Positions 35,932 through 46,316 are shown, counted from the first letter of the stretch. The stretch is 64,000 bases of DNA from Planctomycetota bacterium (GCA_046290465.1 JBKAGP010000001.1:2720001-2784000), one strand, 5' to 3'. Notes: generated by a model from the sequence alone, not told the origin. Numbers and translations: made by a program.

Positions 35932-36755
35932 GACGCGTCGCTCCGCACCAGGCGCTCGCCGAACAGGCGCTCGACCAGCGCATCCCAGCGCTGCTGCAGG
36001 CCGGCGACCGGGCCGTGGCCGTAGGTCGCCAGCCACAGCCACAGCATCGTGCGGCCGTCGTGCGCCCCCACCCAGGCGCGCAGCCAGCCGTCACCGTGGT
36101 TGGCCGCGGTGCCGACGAACTCGGTGCCCTCGGCCTTCAGCACCGTGCCCTCGAACGCGTCGCCGTCGCCGGTCGTGAACGAGAACGCGTCGCCGCTGGC
36201 ATGCTGCATCACCGCGGCGCAGCCGAACGCGTCGGCCGCCGACAGCTGCCGCCAGACCTCGTCCTGCGGCGCGTCGACGAGGGCGCGGGTCCAGGTCAGG
36301 TGGCGTTCGCGGCCGAGGTGGCGTTCGAGGTAGAGCCGCAGCGACGCCAGTTCGATCGGCCAACCGCCGGAGATCGCGTCGAACTCCTGGTCGAACGACG
36401 CGTCGGCGCCGAACCCCGAGTGCACGATGCGCAGCGTCGTGGCACCGCCGTCACCCTCGAGGTGGAAGTCGATGAATAGCGGGTGCGCGGCGTCGCCCTC
36501 GCCACGCCACGCGTCGTAGCGGGTGCGCAGGTGACGGCCCGGCTCGAACACGTCGATGGTCTGCTGCCAGTCGAAGTGGTCGCGCCAGGTCCAGCCGACG
36601 ACGCCGCCGACCTGCGGGTCGACGCGCGCCTCGGGCGCGAACCAGCGCGCGATCTCGGCGCCGTCGGTGAGGGCCTTCCAGACCGCCTCACGCGGCACCT
36701 GGAGGTCGAGGGTCTGCTCGTAGCGGCGAGCGGAAGACGAAGGGCTCTGGGTCAT
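35928..36755 (-). CDS. Tandem SRPBCC/AHSA1 domain protein
   Basis: VWKALTD...RWF, TTLRIVHSGF, GW...LASLRLYLE. Confidence 0.85.
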   Translation of the reverse strand: MTQSPSSSARRYEQTLDLQVPREAVWKALTDGAEIARWFAPEARVDPQVGGVVGWTWRDHFDWQQTIDVFEPGRHLRTRYDAWRGEGDAAHPLFIDFHLEGDGGATTLRIVHSGFGADASFDQEFDAISGGWPIELASLRLYLERHLGRERHLTWTRALVDAPQDEVWRQLSAADAFGCAAVMQHASGDAFSFTTGDGDAFEGTVLKAEGTEFVGTAANHGDGWLRAWVGAHDGRTMLWLWLATYGHGPVAGLQQRWDALVERLFGERLVRSDAS

Positions 36756-36790
36756 TCCGACAGTTTTCCCTGTCGGAAAGGCCGCGTCAA
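36755..36790 (-). promoter_or_regulatory. Sigma70-type leaderless promoter overlapped by a palindromic operator
   Basis: Minus strand TTGACG-N17-AAAACT-N6-ATG; perfect inverted repeat TTCCGACAG-N6-CTGTCGGAA at 36755-36778. Confidence 0.65.
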
Positions 36791-36844
36791 CCCACGGACA
36801 AACATTCTTTTCGGAGGACCCGCAGACCACTGCGAGGCAGGAAC

Positions 36845-37834
36845 TTACATCAAGATGTTCTGCTGCGGCCCGATCGGCGCAGGCAGCACCTTGTCACCCA
36901 CCAGTTCGAGCATGTCGATCTCGATCGCCCGGCTCATCTGCGTGATCGGGATGTCGTTGGGGCTGCCCTCGAACGGGTTCTCGGACACCGACCCGATGCG
37001 ATCCATGGTGTGGAACACCCACGCGACCAGCACGGTCAGCGGCACCGTCATCCACGCCCAGGTGACGTCGAGCTTCTGCATCTCCGACGCGATCGCAAAC
37101 GGCAAGACGCAGATGAACAGCCAGACGAACAGCCGGTTCAGCGTCGCGAACTGCCGCGGATACGGGAAGTTCTTGATGCGCTCGCACTTGCCCTGCAGGT
37201 CGATGAAGTCGGTCACGTAGCGCGACAGGTCGACGTGGCGGTACTCACTGATCACGCCGCCCTCGGCCAGCTGGCGCAGCATCTTCGCGTGCAGCGACAG
37301 CAGCGCGACCGAACGGTTGCGCACGTCGCCGACCACCTCCCACTCGCCGCTGCTGACGCGCGCGCGGATCTCCGCGACGATGTCGAGGCCGTCCTCCGGG
37401 ATCTCGTAGGTCGCCTCGCGGAAGCGCCGGTTGGCCGCCACCGCCTGGCTCTCCCAGGTGCGCTTCTGCCGCAGCTGGAAGCGCAGCGCGGTCAGCCACG
37501 CGACGTGCCGCAGCACCGCCGCGCGCACCACGCCGTCGTCGCGATCGCCGACGTACTCCCGCAGGTGGATCGCAAACGACCGGCTGGCGTTGAGGATCGC
37601 GCCCCAGATCTTGCGCGCCTCCCACAGCCGTCCGTAGGCGGCGTTGGACTTGAAGCTGGTCACGAACGCGACCGCCGTGCCCAGCACCGCGACCGGTGCC
37701 CACGGCAGCGGCGGCAGCGGCACGCCGGCCATGCACAGCACCATCGGCAGGCACGCGATCATCGAGAAGACGAGGATGTCGCGCCCGGTCCAGGACACGA
37801 TCTCCTTCAGGGTGTAGTGGCGTCCGGCGTGCAT
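36845..37834 (-). CDS. Bestrophin-family channel
   Basis: FKSNAAYGRLWEARKIWG, CERIKNFPYP, ENPF. Confidence 0.92.
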   Translation of the reverse strand: MHAGRHYTLKEIVSWTGRDILVFSMIACLPMVLCMAGVPLPPLPWAPVAVLGTAVAFVTSFKSNAAYGRLWEARKIWGAILNASRSFAIHLREYVGDRDDGVVRAAVLRHVAWLTALRFQLRQKRTWESQAVAANRRFREATYEIPEDGLDIVAEIRARVSSGEWEVVGDVRNRSVALLSLHAKMLRQLAEGGVISEYRHVDLSRYVTDFIDLQGKCERIKNFPYPRQFATLNRLFVWLFICVLPFAIASEMQKLDVTWAWMTVPLTVLVAWVFHTMDRIGSVSENPFEGSPNDIPITQMSRAIEIDMLELVGDKVLPAPIGPQQNILM

Positions 37835-37908
37835 GGGCGTTGGTTCGGGCGCGCCAAAGCTATCCGCGGGTGGACTTGGCCCCCACCGTTCGTGTCGTAT
37901 TCACGGTC

Positions 37909-38445
37909 ATGAACACGCTGCTCCTCCGCCTGCTGTCGTCCGCGCTGCTGGCGATCACGCTCGCCGGATGCGCCGGTGGACCCGGTCCCGCGAGCAACTT
38001 CGACTTCGGAGGCGTCACCACCTACGCGTGGAAGGAACCGGCGAGCTTCGGCCGCGGCGCGACCGACGGCGAGCAGGGCGAGCTGGCCGACTTCGAACGC
38101 CGCGTGCAGCGCACGCTCGAACGACGCGGCATCGAGCTCGTCGCCAAGGACCGCGCGCAGATCCTGCTCAGCGGCCAGATCCTGATCGACGAACGCACCC
38201 ACGAACTCGACCCGAACTACTCGGTCTACTCGGCCGAACGCTTCGAGGTCGCGATCCTGTCGCTCGAGGTCTACGACCGCAAGAACCGCAAGCTGGTCTG
38301 GACCGACGACGAGGAGTCGCGGCTGCGCACGACCGGCCGCCGCTTCGGACGCCGCCTGGTCGAGGAGTTCAGCGCCACCGACGAGGTGCGCAGGTGGCGC
38401 ATCTACGACATGGTCGACGCGCTGCTGGCGCGCCTGCCGGAGTAG
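37909..38445 (+). CDS. Lipoprotein, DUF4136-like
   Basis: Lipobox LAGC; DF....TYAW; LEVYD....KLVW. Confidence 0.7.
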   Translation: MNTLLLRLLSSALLAITLAGCAGGPGPASNFDFGGVTTYAWKEPASFGRGATDGEQGELADFERRVQRTLERRGIELVAKDRAQILLSGQILIDERTHELDPNYSVYSAERFEVAILSLEVYDRKNRKLVWTDDEESRLRTTGRRFGRRLVEEFSATDEVRRWRIYDMVDALLARLPE

Positions 38446-38470
38446 GCCGCCACCACGCTCAGGCGTAGCG

Positions 38471-39307
38471 TCAGTAGCCGTAGGGATTGGGCTCCGGCGC
38501 AGCCAGCCACATCGCCAACCCCATCAGGGCCAGCGGTGCCGGTGCCGACACCAGCAGCCAGCGCCACGGCCGTTCGGCAGCGACGCCGCGCAGCAACCAC
38601 AGCGGCAGCGGCGCAGCGAGCGCGCAGATCGCCGGCCACCAGCCGAGGTAGCCGAGCTGCACGCCGGCGAGCATGAACAGCGCGTGCGCACCACCGAGCC
38701 AGACCCCGTCGGCAGCCTGCAGCGCGAAGCCGCGCCGCCACAGCGACGTGCCGATCGCGGCGCCGACGGCAGCGGCGACCGCGCCGCAAAGCTGGCCGAG
38801 CAGCGCGCTCTTGCCGAGCGTCACCAGGCCCGCGTCGAGCGACAGCAGCAGCGTCCACAGCGCGGCGACCGGCAGCGCCTTCGGCGCGCGCGCCAGCGTG
38901 CCGCGCGCCGCCAGCGTCGTCAGCGCGACGACCAGGCCACCGACGCCGACGTGCAGCGCGACCTCACCGCCGTCCCAGCGCTGGGCCAGCTTGTCGAGCA
39001 TCAGCCACAGCACCACAGCGGCAGCCGCGAAGCCGACACTCGGCGCGAGGCGCCTGGGCAGCAGCCGCAGGTGCTCGAGCAGCGCGACCAGACCCAGCGC
39101 GACCATGCCCCAGACCAGCCAGGAGGTGCCGTTGGGGTCGGCCCACAGCTCGTGCGGCAGCTCGATCCAGTCCTTGAGCAGGCCGAAGGCGACGTAGATC
39201 CCGATCCCCATCGCCAGCGGCAGCGCGCGGCCACCCCACAGCGAGACCAGCAGCAGCGCCGCCGCGATCGGCGGCAGCGCGCCCTTCAGGATCGCGACGG
39301 GATCCAC
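38471..39307 (-). CDS. Hypothetical polytopic membrane protein
   Basis: Many hydrophobic segments; ends PNPYGY; directly behind the YceI gene. Confidence 0.72.
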   Translation of the reverse strand: MDPVAILKGALPPIAAALLLVSLWGGRALPLAMGIGIYVAFGLLKDWIELPHELWADPNGTSWLVWGMVALGLVALLEHLRLLPRRLAPSVGFAAAAVVLWLMLDKLAQRWDGGEVALHVGVGGLVVALTTLAARGTLARAPKALPVAALWTLLLSLDAGLVTLGKSALLGQLCGAVAAAVGAAIGTSLWRRGFALQAADGVWLGGAHALFMLAGVQLGYLGWWPAICALAAPLPLWLLRGVAAERPWRWLLVSAPAPLALMGLAMWLAAPEPNPYGY

Positions 39308-39308
39308 G

Positions 39309-39902
39309 CTACTTGGCCTGCGTCAGCTCGAGGCTGACCATCAGCTTGACGTCGTCGCTCAGCACGTTCTGCGCGACGCCGTAGTTCATGCCGAACGCGC
39401 TGCGCTTGACCGCGAACTCGGCCAGGTAGCCGCGGCGCTTGCCGTGGAACTCGCCGTCGCCGGTCCACTTGACCGGGATCGTGATCGACTTGGTCTCACC
39501 CGCCATCGACAGGTCGCCGGTCACCTTCAGGTGCTTGCCGTCCGCCGCGATCTTGGTGCTCCGGAACGTGATCTCCGGGTTCTCCTTGGCGTTGAAGAAG
39601 TCCGGCGACTTCAGGTGGCCGTCGCGCTTGGCGTCGTTGGTGTCGATGCTCTCGACGTCGATCGTCAGCGACACGCTGCCGTCCTGCGGCGCCTTCGGGT
39701 CGAGCGTGACCTTGCCGGCGACGCGGTCGAACGTGCCGAGGAACCACGCGGCGCCTGCGTGCTGGCACTGGAAGACGCAGCCGCTGTGGCCGGAGTCGAC
39801 GACCCAGTCGTTGGCGCCCATCGTCTCGGGCAGGTCGACGGAGGTCGTCATCGGCAGCGAAACGGCGACGAGGAGGGCGGGAAGCAGGAGGAGGCTCTTC
39901 AT
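39309..39902 (-). CDS. YceI-family protein
   Basis: WVVDSGHS, SIDTNDAKRDGHLKSPDFF, RSAFGM. Confidence 0.92.
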   Translation of the reverse strand: MKSLLLLPALLVAVSLPMTTSVDLPETMGANDWVVDSGHSGCVFQCQHAGAAWFLGTFDRVAGKVTLDPKAPQDGSVSLTIDVESIDTNDAKRDGHLKSPDFFNAKENPEITFRSTKIAADGKHLKVTGDLSMAGETKSITIPVKWTGDGEFHGKRRGYLAEFAVKRSAFGMNYGVAQNVLSDDVKLMVSLELTQAK

Positions 39903-39962
39903 GGGGATTCTTGTGGAGGAGAACGCCGGGTATGGCCCCTGCGCCCGCAACGCACAACCCGA

Positions 39963-41078
39963 CTAATCGTCCCGACGCTGCAACACGACCAGGCCGTGTT
40001 CGTCGGTGAGTTCCTGCAGGTCGGCCGGCAGCGAGGCGCGCTCGAATCGAGACGCCAGCGACGCGCGCAGCGATGCGTCGCGGGCCTCGGCCTCGGTCAG
40101 CACGACGACCGCGACGTCGGCCGCCAGCGCGCGCGTGACCAGCGGCTCCGGCCGCGCGTCCGGATCCTGGCCGGCCGCCCATCGGACCCGCGGCAGCGTC
40201 GCGACGAGCTGCTGCGAGCCGGCGTCCAGCCGGCGCAGCATCAGGCGCGGCACGATCCGTTCGGTCACGGCTGCAGCCGGCTCGACCAGGAACCAGCCGG
40301 CATGGCACTCCACCGCGACGATGGCGCACAGCAGCAGGTCGCGCACGCGCACGTGCAGGCCGGCCATGCCGACGCCGACCAGGATCGCCAGCAGCGGCTG
40401 GTGGCTCGGCAGCAGCGTCGCCGACGTCCCGGTCACGGCGGCCACGACCACCAGCACGGACAGCACCAGCGCCGGCGTGCGCGCCGACCGCCACGCCGTC
40501 GGCAGCAGGAAGGCCAGGCCGAACGCGCCGGCACCGAGACCGATGCGGGTCGCGTCCAGCGCCGACGGCGCGTGCGTCGCGACCTGGTCGAGGCCGCTGC
40601 CCGCGGCCAGCACCGCGAGCCCGGCCGCGAGCACCAGGCGCCGCGCGGCGAACGCCCACCAGGCCGAGGCGACCAGCAACGTCGTCGTGGCCGCCGACCC
40701 GCCGGCGCCGGCGGCGACGACCGCGCCGGCGGCGACCATCGCGACCGCGGCGGCCGGCACGCCGGCACCGGCTCGCAGCCGTTCGGCGGCGAACGCGGTC
40801 GGCAGCACCGCGAGGCCACCGAGCAGGCAGGCGACCACCTGCGCGGTCGCAAACGGAGTCGCGCCGAACGCGAGCGCCGGCGCCATCAGCAGACCGTGCA
40901 GCGGCTGCCACCAGCGCGCCGCGAGCGCGCCGAGGTCGCCGTCGGCGAGGCGCTCGGCCAGCCACAGGTCGCGGCTGGCGTCGACGCCGACCAGCGGTGT
41001 GCGCACGGCGACCAGCCAGCGCCAGCAGACGGCGGCGCAGGTCAGCCACAGCAGCGCGCGACGGTCCTTGTCGCTCAC
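39963..41078 (-). CDS. Membrane protein, possibly GT-C/PMT-like glycosyltransferase
   Basis: TM followed by D...AERL...PL motif, many TMs; GTGA overlap with upstream gene. Confidence 0.55.
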   Translation of the reverse strand: MSDKDRRALLWLTCAAVCWRWLVAVRTPLVGVDASRDLWLAERLADGDLGALAARWWQPLHGLLMAPALAFGATPFATAQVVACLLGGLAVLPTAFAAERLRAGAGVPAAAVAMVAAGAVVAAGAGGSAATTTLLVASAWWAFAARRLVLAAGLAVLAAGSGLDQVATHAPSALDATRIGLGAGAFGLAFLLPTAWRSARTPALVLSVLVVVAAVTGTSATLLPSHQPLLAILVGVGMAGLHVRVRDLLLCAIVAVECHAGWFLVEPAAAVTERIVPRLMLRRLDAGSQQLVATLPRVRWAAGQDPDARPEPLVTRALAADVAVVVLTEAEARDASLRASLASRFERASLPADLQELTDEHGLVVLQRRDD

Positions 41079-44000
41079 GGCAGCGCCCTGCCGAGCTCGG
41101 GGTCCTCGCCGTCCGCCTCGAACTCGCCGATGCGGAACACCAGGTCGCGGTAGTTGCGCACGTCGAGCACGGCCAGCGACTGCACCGCACGCAGCGCCAG
41201 CACGTCGCGCCGCACGGCCGGGCCGTGGCGGTAGACGTCGCGCAGCACGTCGATGGCGCGCTGGCGCGGCGCCTCGTCGGCCTCGAGCGCGCACCAGGCG
41301 TCGAGCACCTGGCGGCTCCGCCGATAGTCGCGCGCGTAGCCGACGCGCAGCACGTCGCGCGCGTTCTTCGGCAGCCCCTGGCCGTGGCGCTCGAGCCAGA
41401 CGTCGACCGGGTGGCGCACGAACAGGCCGCAGATGCCGCCCCAGAAGCGGTGCGGCCACGGCAGGCGTTCGTCGAGCTCGAGCAGGCTCGGCACGACCTC
41501 CTCGCGCCAGCGGTCGGCGAACAGCAGCGTGCGCGCGCCGTCCTTGTCGGCGATCCACGCACAGGTGACCGCCAGCTCGCCGGCGCGGCGCCGTTTGCGA
41601 TCGGGCGCGCCGCGGCTCGGGTCGTAGAGCGGCGGCAGGTCCGGGATCTGCGCGTGCAGACCGGCGACCTCGCGCCGCACGCGCTCGGCGTCGTCGCGCA
41701 GCTGCACGGCCTCACGTTCGCGCAGGTGCAGGAAGCGCAGGTCGCGCTCGAACTCCGGCAGCTCGACCTCGTCGGCCTCGCGGGTCCAGCCCGACGGCGC
41801 ACCCGAATAGACCGGATCGAGCAGCAGGCGCTGACGGATCGCCTCGAGCAGGCCCGGCGCCTTCATGCGGTGGATCTTGCGCAGCGCAACCGCGAACGGC
41901 GCCTCCCCGATCTCGCGCCGCTGCATCGCGAGGTCGGGATCGAGCACCTCGCGCACGATCTGGCGCACCTTGGTGACAACCCAGCCGAGCGTGCGGCAGA
42001 ACCGCCAGACCAAGAGCAGCGGCGCCAGCAGCACCCGGCCGTGCGACAGCCGCGTCTCGTAGAAGCGCAGCGGGTTGAAGCTGCGTTCGTTCTTGGGCAG
42101 GTGGTTGACCGGCCGCGTGCCGAAGATCTCGCGGATCATCGTGCGGCGGTCGAAGCGCACCGTCTCGAGCACGTCGTCGCCGAACACCGCAGCGAGGTGC
42201 CGGTCGCGTTCCTCGTCCCCGCCGAGGAAGTCCAGCGCGGTGAACTCGGTCGTCGGGTAGGCCTCGACGCGTTCGTCCTCCTTGCGGTCCTTGGTCGAAC
42301 GGCCGCCGCGCGGATCGCGGCGCCGCTGCAGCCAGTCCTGCATCTTCTGCAGCGCGGCCGGATCGGCGTACGGCTGCTGATCGACCGGGATGCAGAAGCT
42401 GTTGTAGCCGGCGATCCGCTTGGCGGCCTCGACCGCGATCGACTCGGTGATGAACCGGAACCACAGGTACGGGCCGGTGAACAGCGAGCCGTCGTCGAGC
42501 TTGAGCTTGCGCAGCTGCTTCTTCTGCGCGCGGTCCAGCGACAGGAACTCCTGCCGCAGGTTCTCGAGCGACTGGTTGGCCAGCAGCTGCTCGGTCGTCT
42601 TGACGTCGCTGATGTGCAGCGGCGCGCCGTCGAGGAAGTGCAGGTACAGCAGCGCCACGCGATTGCTCTCGAGGCAGACGTGGTGCGGCACGTCGCTGTG
42701 CAGGATCGGCACGCCGGTGCGCGCACTGTCGAGCTGGCCTTCGAGCAGCCGCCGCGCGTGCGCCCGGTTGGTCGGATCGTGGAACACCCGCTGCGTCAGG
42801 AAGTCGAGGTCCTGGTCCTCGTAGCGCGACTGCACCCGCTCGAGCTGCGAGATGAAGTGCGCCTCGCTGGTCAGCCGGTAGTTGTCCGACGCCTGGCCGG
42901 CCAGCCGCTTCATCCAGTGGCCGAGCAGCAGGAATACGAGACAGACGCTGCCGAGCAGGACCAGCGGCAAGCCGACGATCTTGTTGAGGAACGCGCCGAC
43001 GGCGGTATCGCGCAGCAGCTGGTTGAACAGCAGGAACAAGCCGCCGAACAGCAGCATGCGCACCGCCGGCCGCTGGCTGGCCTTGACCATCGCGGTCGCG
43101 ACGCGGTCGAGGATCTGCGGGCCGGTGACGATGCCGTGCAGGTCCGCGAAGAACAGCATCCGGCTGTGCCAGGAGTCGAGCCAGTCGGCGGTCCGGCGCG
43201 CCAGCTCGACGATGCGCTCTTCGGCGCTCGGCGGCAGCGGATGCACGGCGAGCTTGCCGATCAGCGGCAGCCAGCGCACCGGCACCGCCGAGATCACGCG
43301 CACGACCCGGTCGAGCGCCTGGATGTCGCCGGGCTTGAGGTAGCGGCCGAGGTCCTGCGTGCGCAGCGACCACAAGAACTCGATCGCGTCGCCGATCGCC
43401 ACGTCGCGCACCGCCGCGTGGCTGGTCGTGACGGTGAACGCGTGGCCCGGCAGCTCGTCGAGCGCCGACCGCGAGTGCTGCACCCGCTCGTGCAGCATCG
43501 CGCGCCGTTCGTCCTGCGGCAGCAGCTCGATCAGCTGGTGCTCGCGATGCATCGACGCGAACACCACCTCGCGCAGGTCGTCCTCGTGCGGCGTGCGTTC
43601 GACCTCGGCGGCGGCCGGCACGAACACGAACTCGCGGTTGAGGATCTGCGAGAAGCGCGTCGCCAGGCCGTCGAGACCGCGCACCAGGAACAGCAGCAGC
43701 CGCGCCGAGCGCAGCAGCGGCCGCAGCGCCTGCACGTAGCGCGCCGCCCAGGTCACGCGCAGCAACCGCAGCATGCGCAGCAGCAGCAGGTTGTCGCTGG
43801 CGCCGTGCACCGGGGCCGTCGGCAGCAGGAACAGCACCGACGGGATCGCCGGCACCAGGTCGGTCAGCGCATTGCGCCAGAACCAGCTCAGCCGCGAAGG
43901 GTGCAGGATCAGTTCGAAGACGAAGTCGGCGACGAAGAACAGGCAGGCGACCGCGTCGATCCACTGGAACACGTACAGCTGCCCGTCGGTCAGGTCGACG

Positions 44001-44695
44001 GCGTGCTCGATCAGCAGCGTGAGCAGCACCACCAGCAACAGCACGAAGTTGGTGGTCTCGAGGATCGCGACGCCGCGGCGGCCGAGCCGCTTCTCCAGCC
44101 GCCGGGCCAGCTCGCGGTCGTCGGCGGCGCGCAGCAGGCGCCGCCCGAAGCGCCGGCAGCGGCGCGAACGGGTGCGATCGGCGAGGCGGTGCAGCAGCCG
44201 GCCAGTGCAGCGCAGCAGTTCGATCTGCTGCTCGATCGGGACCTCCTCGACCGCCGAGGTCAGCAGCGCGAACCGTTCGCCGACCTCGCTGCCGACCTCG
44301 TCCCCGGGCTCGATCGCCTCGATGCCGTCGGCCATCGCCTGCTCGCACTGCCGCCGCAGCTCGGGCTCGTCGGCCGCGATCGCCATCGCCTGCGCCTCGG
44401 CGAGGTCGAGCAGCACCGCGACTTCGGGCTCGGCCGTCGAGAGGTAGCGGACGCGCATCGCGAGCCAGGCGCGGCGCACGTCGAGCAGGTCCTCACGCAG
44501 CTGCGGCGAGCGCGTGCCGTGGAAGCCCTCCAGCCAGCGCTGCTCGAACCCGAGCAGCTCGGCCTGCAGCGAACCGCGCGCCAACCGCCGACGCTCCTCG
44601 GCCAGTTCGCGGGCGGCGGCGGCCGGTTCCTGCGGCGTCTCGTGCAGCAGCGCGCGCAGGCGGCTCGGATCGTTGGCTTCTTCGGTCGACGTCAT
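41075..44695 (-). CDS. Large hypothetical protein with a voltage-sensor-like (S1-S4) domain
   Basis: 1206 aa with coding-like codon bias; WIDAVACLFFVADF, RNALTDLVPAIP, LRMLRLLR; no GYG pore. Confidence 0.75.
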   Translation of the reverse strand: MTSTEEANDPSRLRALLHETPQEPAAAARELAEERRRLARGSLQAELLGFEQRWLEGFHGTRSPQLREDLLDVRRAWLAMRVRYLSTAEPEVAVLLDLAEAQAMAIAADEPELRRQCEQAMADGIEAIEPGDEVGSEVGERFALLTSAVEEVPIEQQIELLRCTGRLLHRLADRTRSRRCRRFGRRLLRAADDRELARRLEKRLGRRGVAILETTNFVLLLVVLLTLLIEHAVDLTDGQLYVFQWIDAVACLFFVADFVFELILHPSRLSWFWRNALTDLVPAIPSVLFLLPTAPVHGASDNLLLLRMLRLLRVTWAARYVQALRPLLRSARLLLFLVRGLDGLATRFSQILNREFVFVPAAAEVERTPHEDDLREVVFASMHREHQLIELLPQDERRAMLHERVQHSRSALDELPGHAFTVTTSHAAVRDVAIGDAIEFLWSLRTQDLGRYLKPGDIQALDRVVRVISAVPVRWLPLIGKLAVHPLPPSAEERIVELARRTADWLDSWHSRMLFFADLHGIVTGPQILDRVATAMVKASQRPAVRMLLFGGLFLLFNQLLRDTAVGAFLNKIVGLPLVLLGSVCLVFLLLGHWMKRLAGQASDNYRLTSEAHFISQLERVQSRYEDQDLDFLTQRVFHDPTNRAHARRLLEGQLDSARTGVPILHSDVPHHVCLESNRVALLYLHFLDGAPLHISDVKTTEQLLANQSLENLRQEFLSLDRAQKKQLRKLKLDDGSLFTGPYLWFRFITESIAVEAAKRIAGYNSFCIPVDQQPYADPAALQKMQDWLQRRRDPRGGRSTKDRKEDERVEAYPTTEFTALDFLGGDEERDRHLAAVFGDDVLETVRFDRRTMIREIFGTRPVNHLPKNERSFNPLRFYETRLSHGRVLLAPLLLVWRFCRTLGWVVTKVRQIVREVLDPDLAMQRREIGEAPFAVALRKIHRMKAPGLLEAIRQRLLLDPVYSGAPSGWTREADEVELPEFERDLRFLHLREREAVQLRDDAERVRREVAGLHAQIPDLPPLYDPSRGAPDRKRRRAGELAVTCAWIADKDGARTLLFADRWREEVVPSLLELDERLPWPHRFWGGICGLFVRHPVDVWLERHGQGLPKNARDVLRVGYARDYRRSRQVLDAWCALEADEAPRQRAIDVLRDVYRHGPAVRRDVLALRAVQSLAVLDVRNYRDLVFRIGEFEADGEDPELGRALP

Positions 44696-44757
44696 TCGGC
44701 CCGCTGCGGACTGCGCGGGATTGTAGGAACGCGTCGTCCGTCGTCACGGGCCGTCTG

Positions 44758-45696
44758 TCACCACGGCCGGGAATAGTCGACCGACCCGGGCTCGGCCGCG
44801 CCGAGGTACTCGACGACCAGGTGACGGCGGCCGGTGCCGACGACCAGCAGATCCGCTTCGAGGCTCGTCACCAGCCCGCTCGCCTCGTCGACGAGCAGCT
44901 CCAGCGAACGGACCTTGAGCAGCCCGCGGCGCAGCCGGCGCTTCGCCTCGATGCGCAGCTGCGGGTTGCCGTTCTGGTCGGTGGTGCGACCGACGGTGCG
45001 CAGCCGGAAGTCGCCCGGCAGCCGCGCCACCAGCGCGTGCACGTCGAGGTAGCCGACGTCGAGGCCGACCTCGAGCAGCGGGCCGAGCCCCTGCAGCAGC
45101 CGTTCTCGATCCGCGAGCGGGCCCGAGCGGCGGGTGCGGCCGTCGGCCGCGGCGAACCAGAGGGTCTCGCCGTCGCTGCCGATGCGCCCCTCGGCGACCT
45201 TGACACCTGCGAACGCGAAGCGGCCTTCGACCAGGAATCGCATGCCCGGCCGCGTGACCACGTCGAAGTCGTGCCGCACCCGTTCGGCACGCAGCCGCCC
45301 CGGAACGGTCAGGCGGACGTGGAAGCGACGGTCGACCTGCCGCCCCATCTCGTCGGCGGCGCGCTCGATCGCGGCCTCGGCGGTCGGCAGCGACGGCGGC
45401 AGCGCCAGCCACACCCCGACCGTCGCCAGCACCAGCGCCGCCGCGGCCACCGCGAACCAGTGGCGACGCTGGCCGCGCGACGAATCGGCGTCGATGCTGG
45501 CCAGGATCGACGCGACGCGGTCCTCGCGCGAGGCGGCGTCGGCGGTGTGCAGCGCGCGCAGCAGTCCGTGCATGGTGCGCTGCTCGGCGAGCCAGTCGCG
45601 TGCCTCGTCGGGAACGTCCGCCGGCGCCGGGCCGTCGGCGAGCGTGTCGTCGAGGTCCGGGAAGCCGTCGTCGTCGTGCTTGCCTGGGTCGCTCAT
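44758..45696 (-). CDS. Putative membrane anti-sigma factor
   Basis: Overlaps sigma stop; single TM (WFAVAAAALVLATVGVWL) and a beta-rich extracytoplasmic domain. Confidence 0.65.
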   Translation of the reverse strand: MSDPGKHDDDGFPDLDDTLADGPAPADVPDEARDWLAEQRTMHGLLRALHTADAASREDRVASILASIDADSSRGQRRHWFAVAAAALVLATVGVWLALPPSLPTAEAAIERAADEMGRQVDRRFHVRLTVPGRLRAERVRHDFDVVTRPGMRFLVEGRFAFAGVKVAEGRIGSDGETLWFAAADGRTRRSGPLADRERLLQGLGPLLEVGLDVGYLDVHALVARLPGDFRLRTVGRTTDQNGNPQLRIEAKRRLRRGLLKVRSLELLVDEASGLVTSLEADLLVVGTGRRHLVVEYLGAAEPGSVDYSRPW

Positions 45697-46226
45697 GCGG
45701 CACCTCCGGCGGGCAGCTTCGAACGCAGGCAGCGGTGCAGCTGCGCGCGCCCGCGCTGCAGGTGCTTCTTGACCGCTTCGAAGCCGATGCCGAGCCGTTC
45801 GGCGATCTCCTTGCAGTGCAGGCCGTGCTCGTAGTGCAGCTGGATCGACTCGCGCTGCGGCCCGGTCAGGCGCTCGAGGCAGCCGCGCAGCGCGTCGAGC
45901 TTCTCGTCGAAGGTGTCGCCGGCGAGCCGCTGGAAGCCGTCGAGCCGGTCGTCGATCCGGGTCAGCAATTCGTCGTCGCAGTAGTGCACCTTGCTCCTGC
46001 CGAGCTTGCGCCGGTGGTTGAGCACCAGCTTGGCGGCGATGCCGCGCACCCACGGCCCGAACGGCAGCTGCCGGTCGTAGCGATCGAGGATCTTCCAGGC
46101 GACCAGGAACGTCTCCTGCAGCACGTCCTCGACCGCGACCGGATCGCGCAGCGACGACAGCAGGAACGCGCGCACCGAGTCCAGGTGCTCACGGGTCAGG
46201 ATCTCGAACAGGTCGCGGGAGTCCAC
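45693..46226 (-). CDS. ECF sigma factor
   Basis: VEDVLQETFLVAW, PWVRGIA, EAVKKHLQRGR. Confidence 0.88.
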   Translation of the reverse strand: MDSRDLFEILTREHLDSVRAFLLSSLRDPVAVEDVLQETFLVAWKILDRYDRQLPFGPWVRGIAAKLVLNHRRKLGRSKVHYCDDELLTRIDDRLDGFQRLAGDTFDEKLDALRGCLERLTGPQRESIQLHYEHGLHCKEIAERLGIGFEAVKKHLQRGRAQLHRCLRSKLPAGGAA

Positions 46227-46316
46227 GATGGGACCATTGTCGGAACCCGCCGGGGCCGGGACAGCGCAGGCCGGCCTTTTTCCGCCCGCGGCGCCGCGGC
46301 TACGCTCGCAAGGGCC

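Noticed and set aside
40997..44776. 1259-aa plus-strand ORF
   Set aside because: Antisense shadow of the 1206-aa minus-strand gene.
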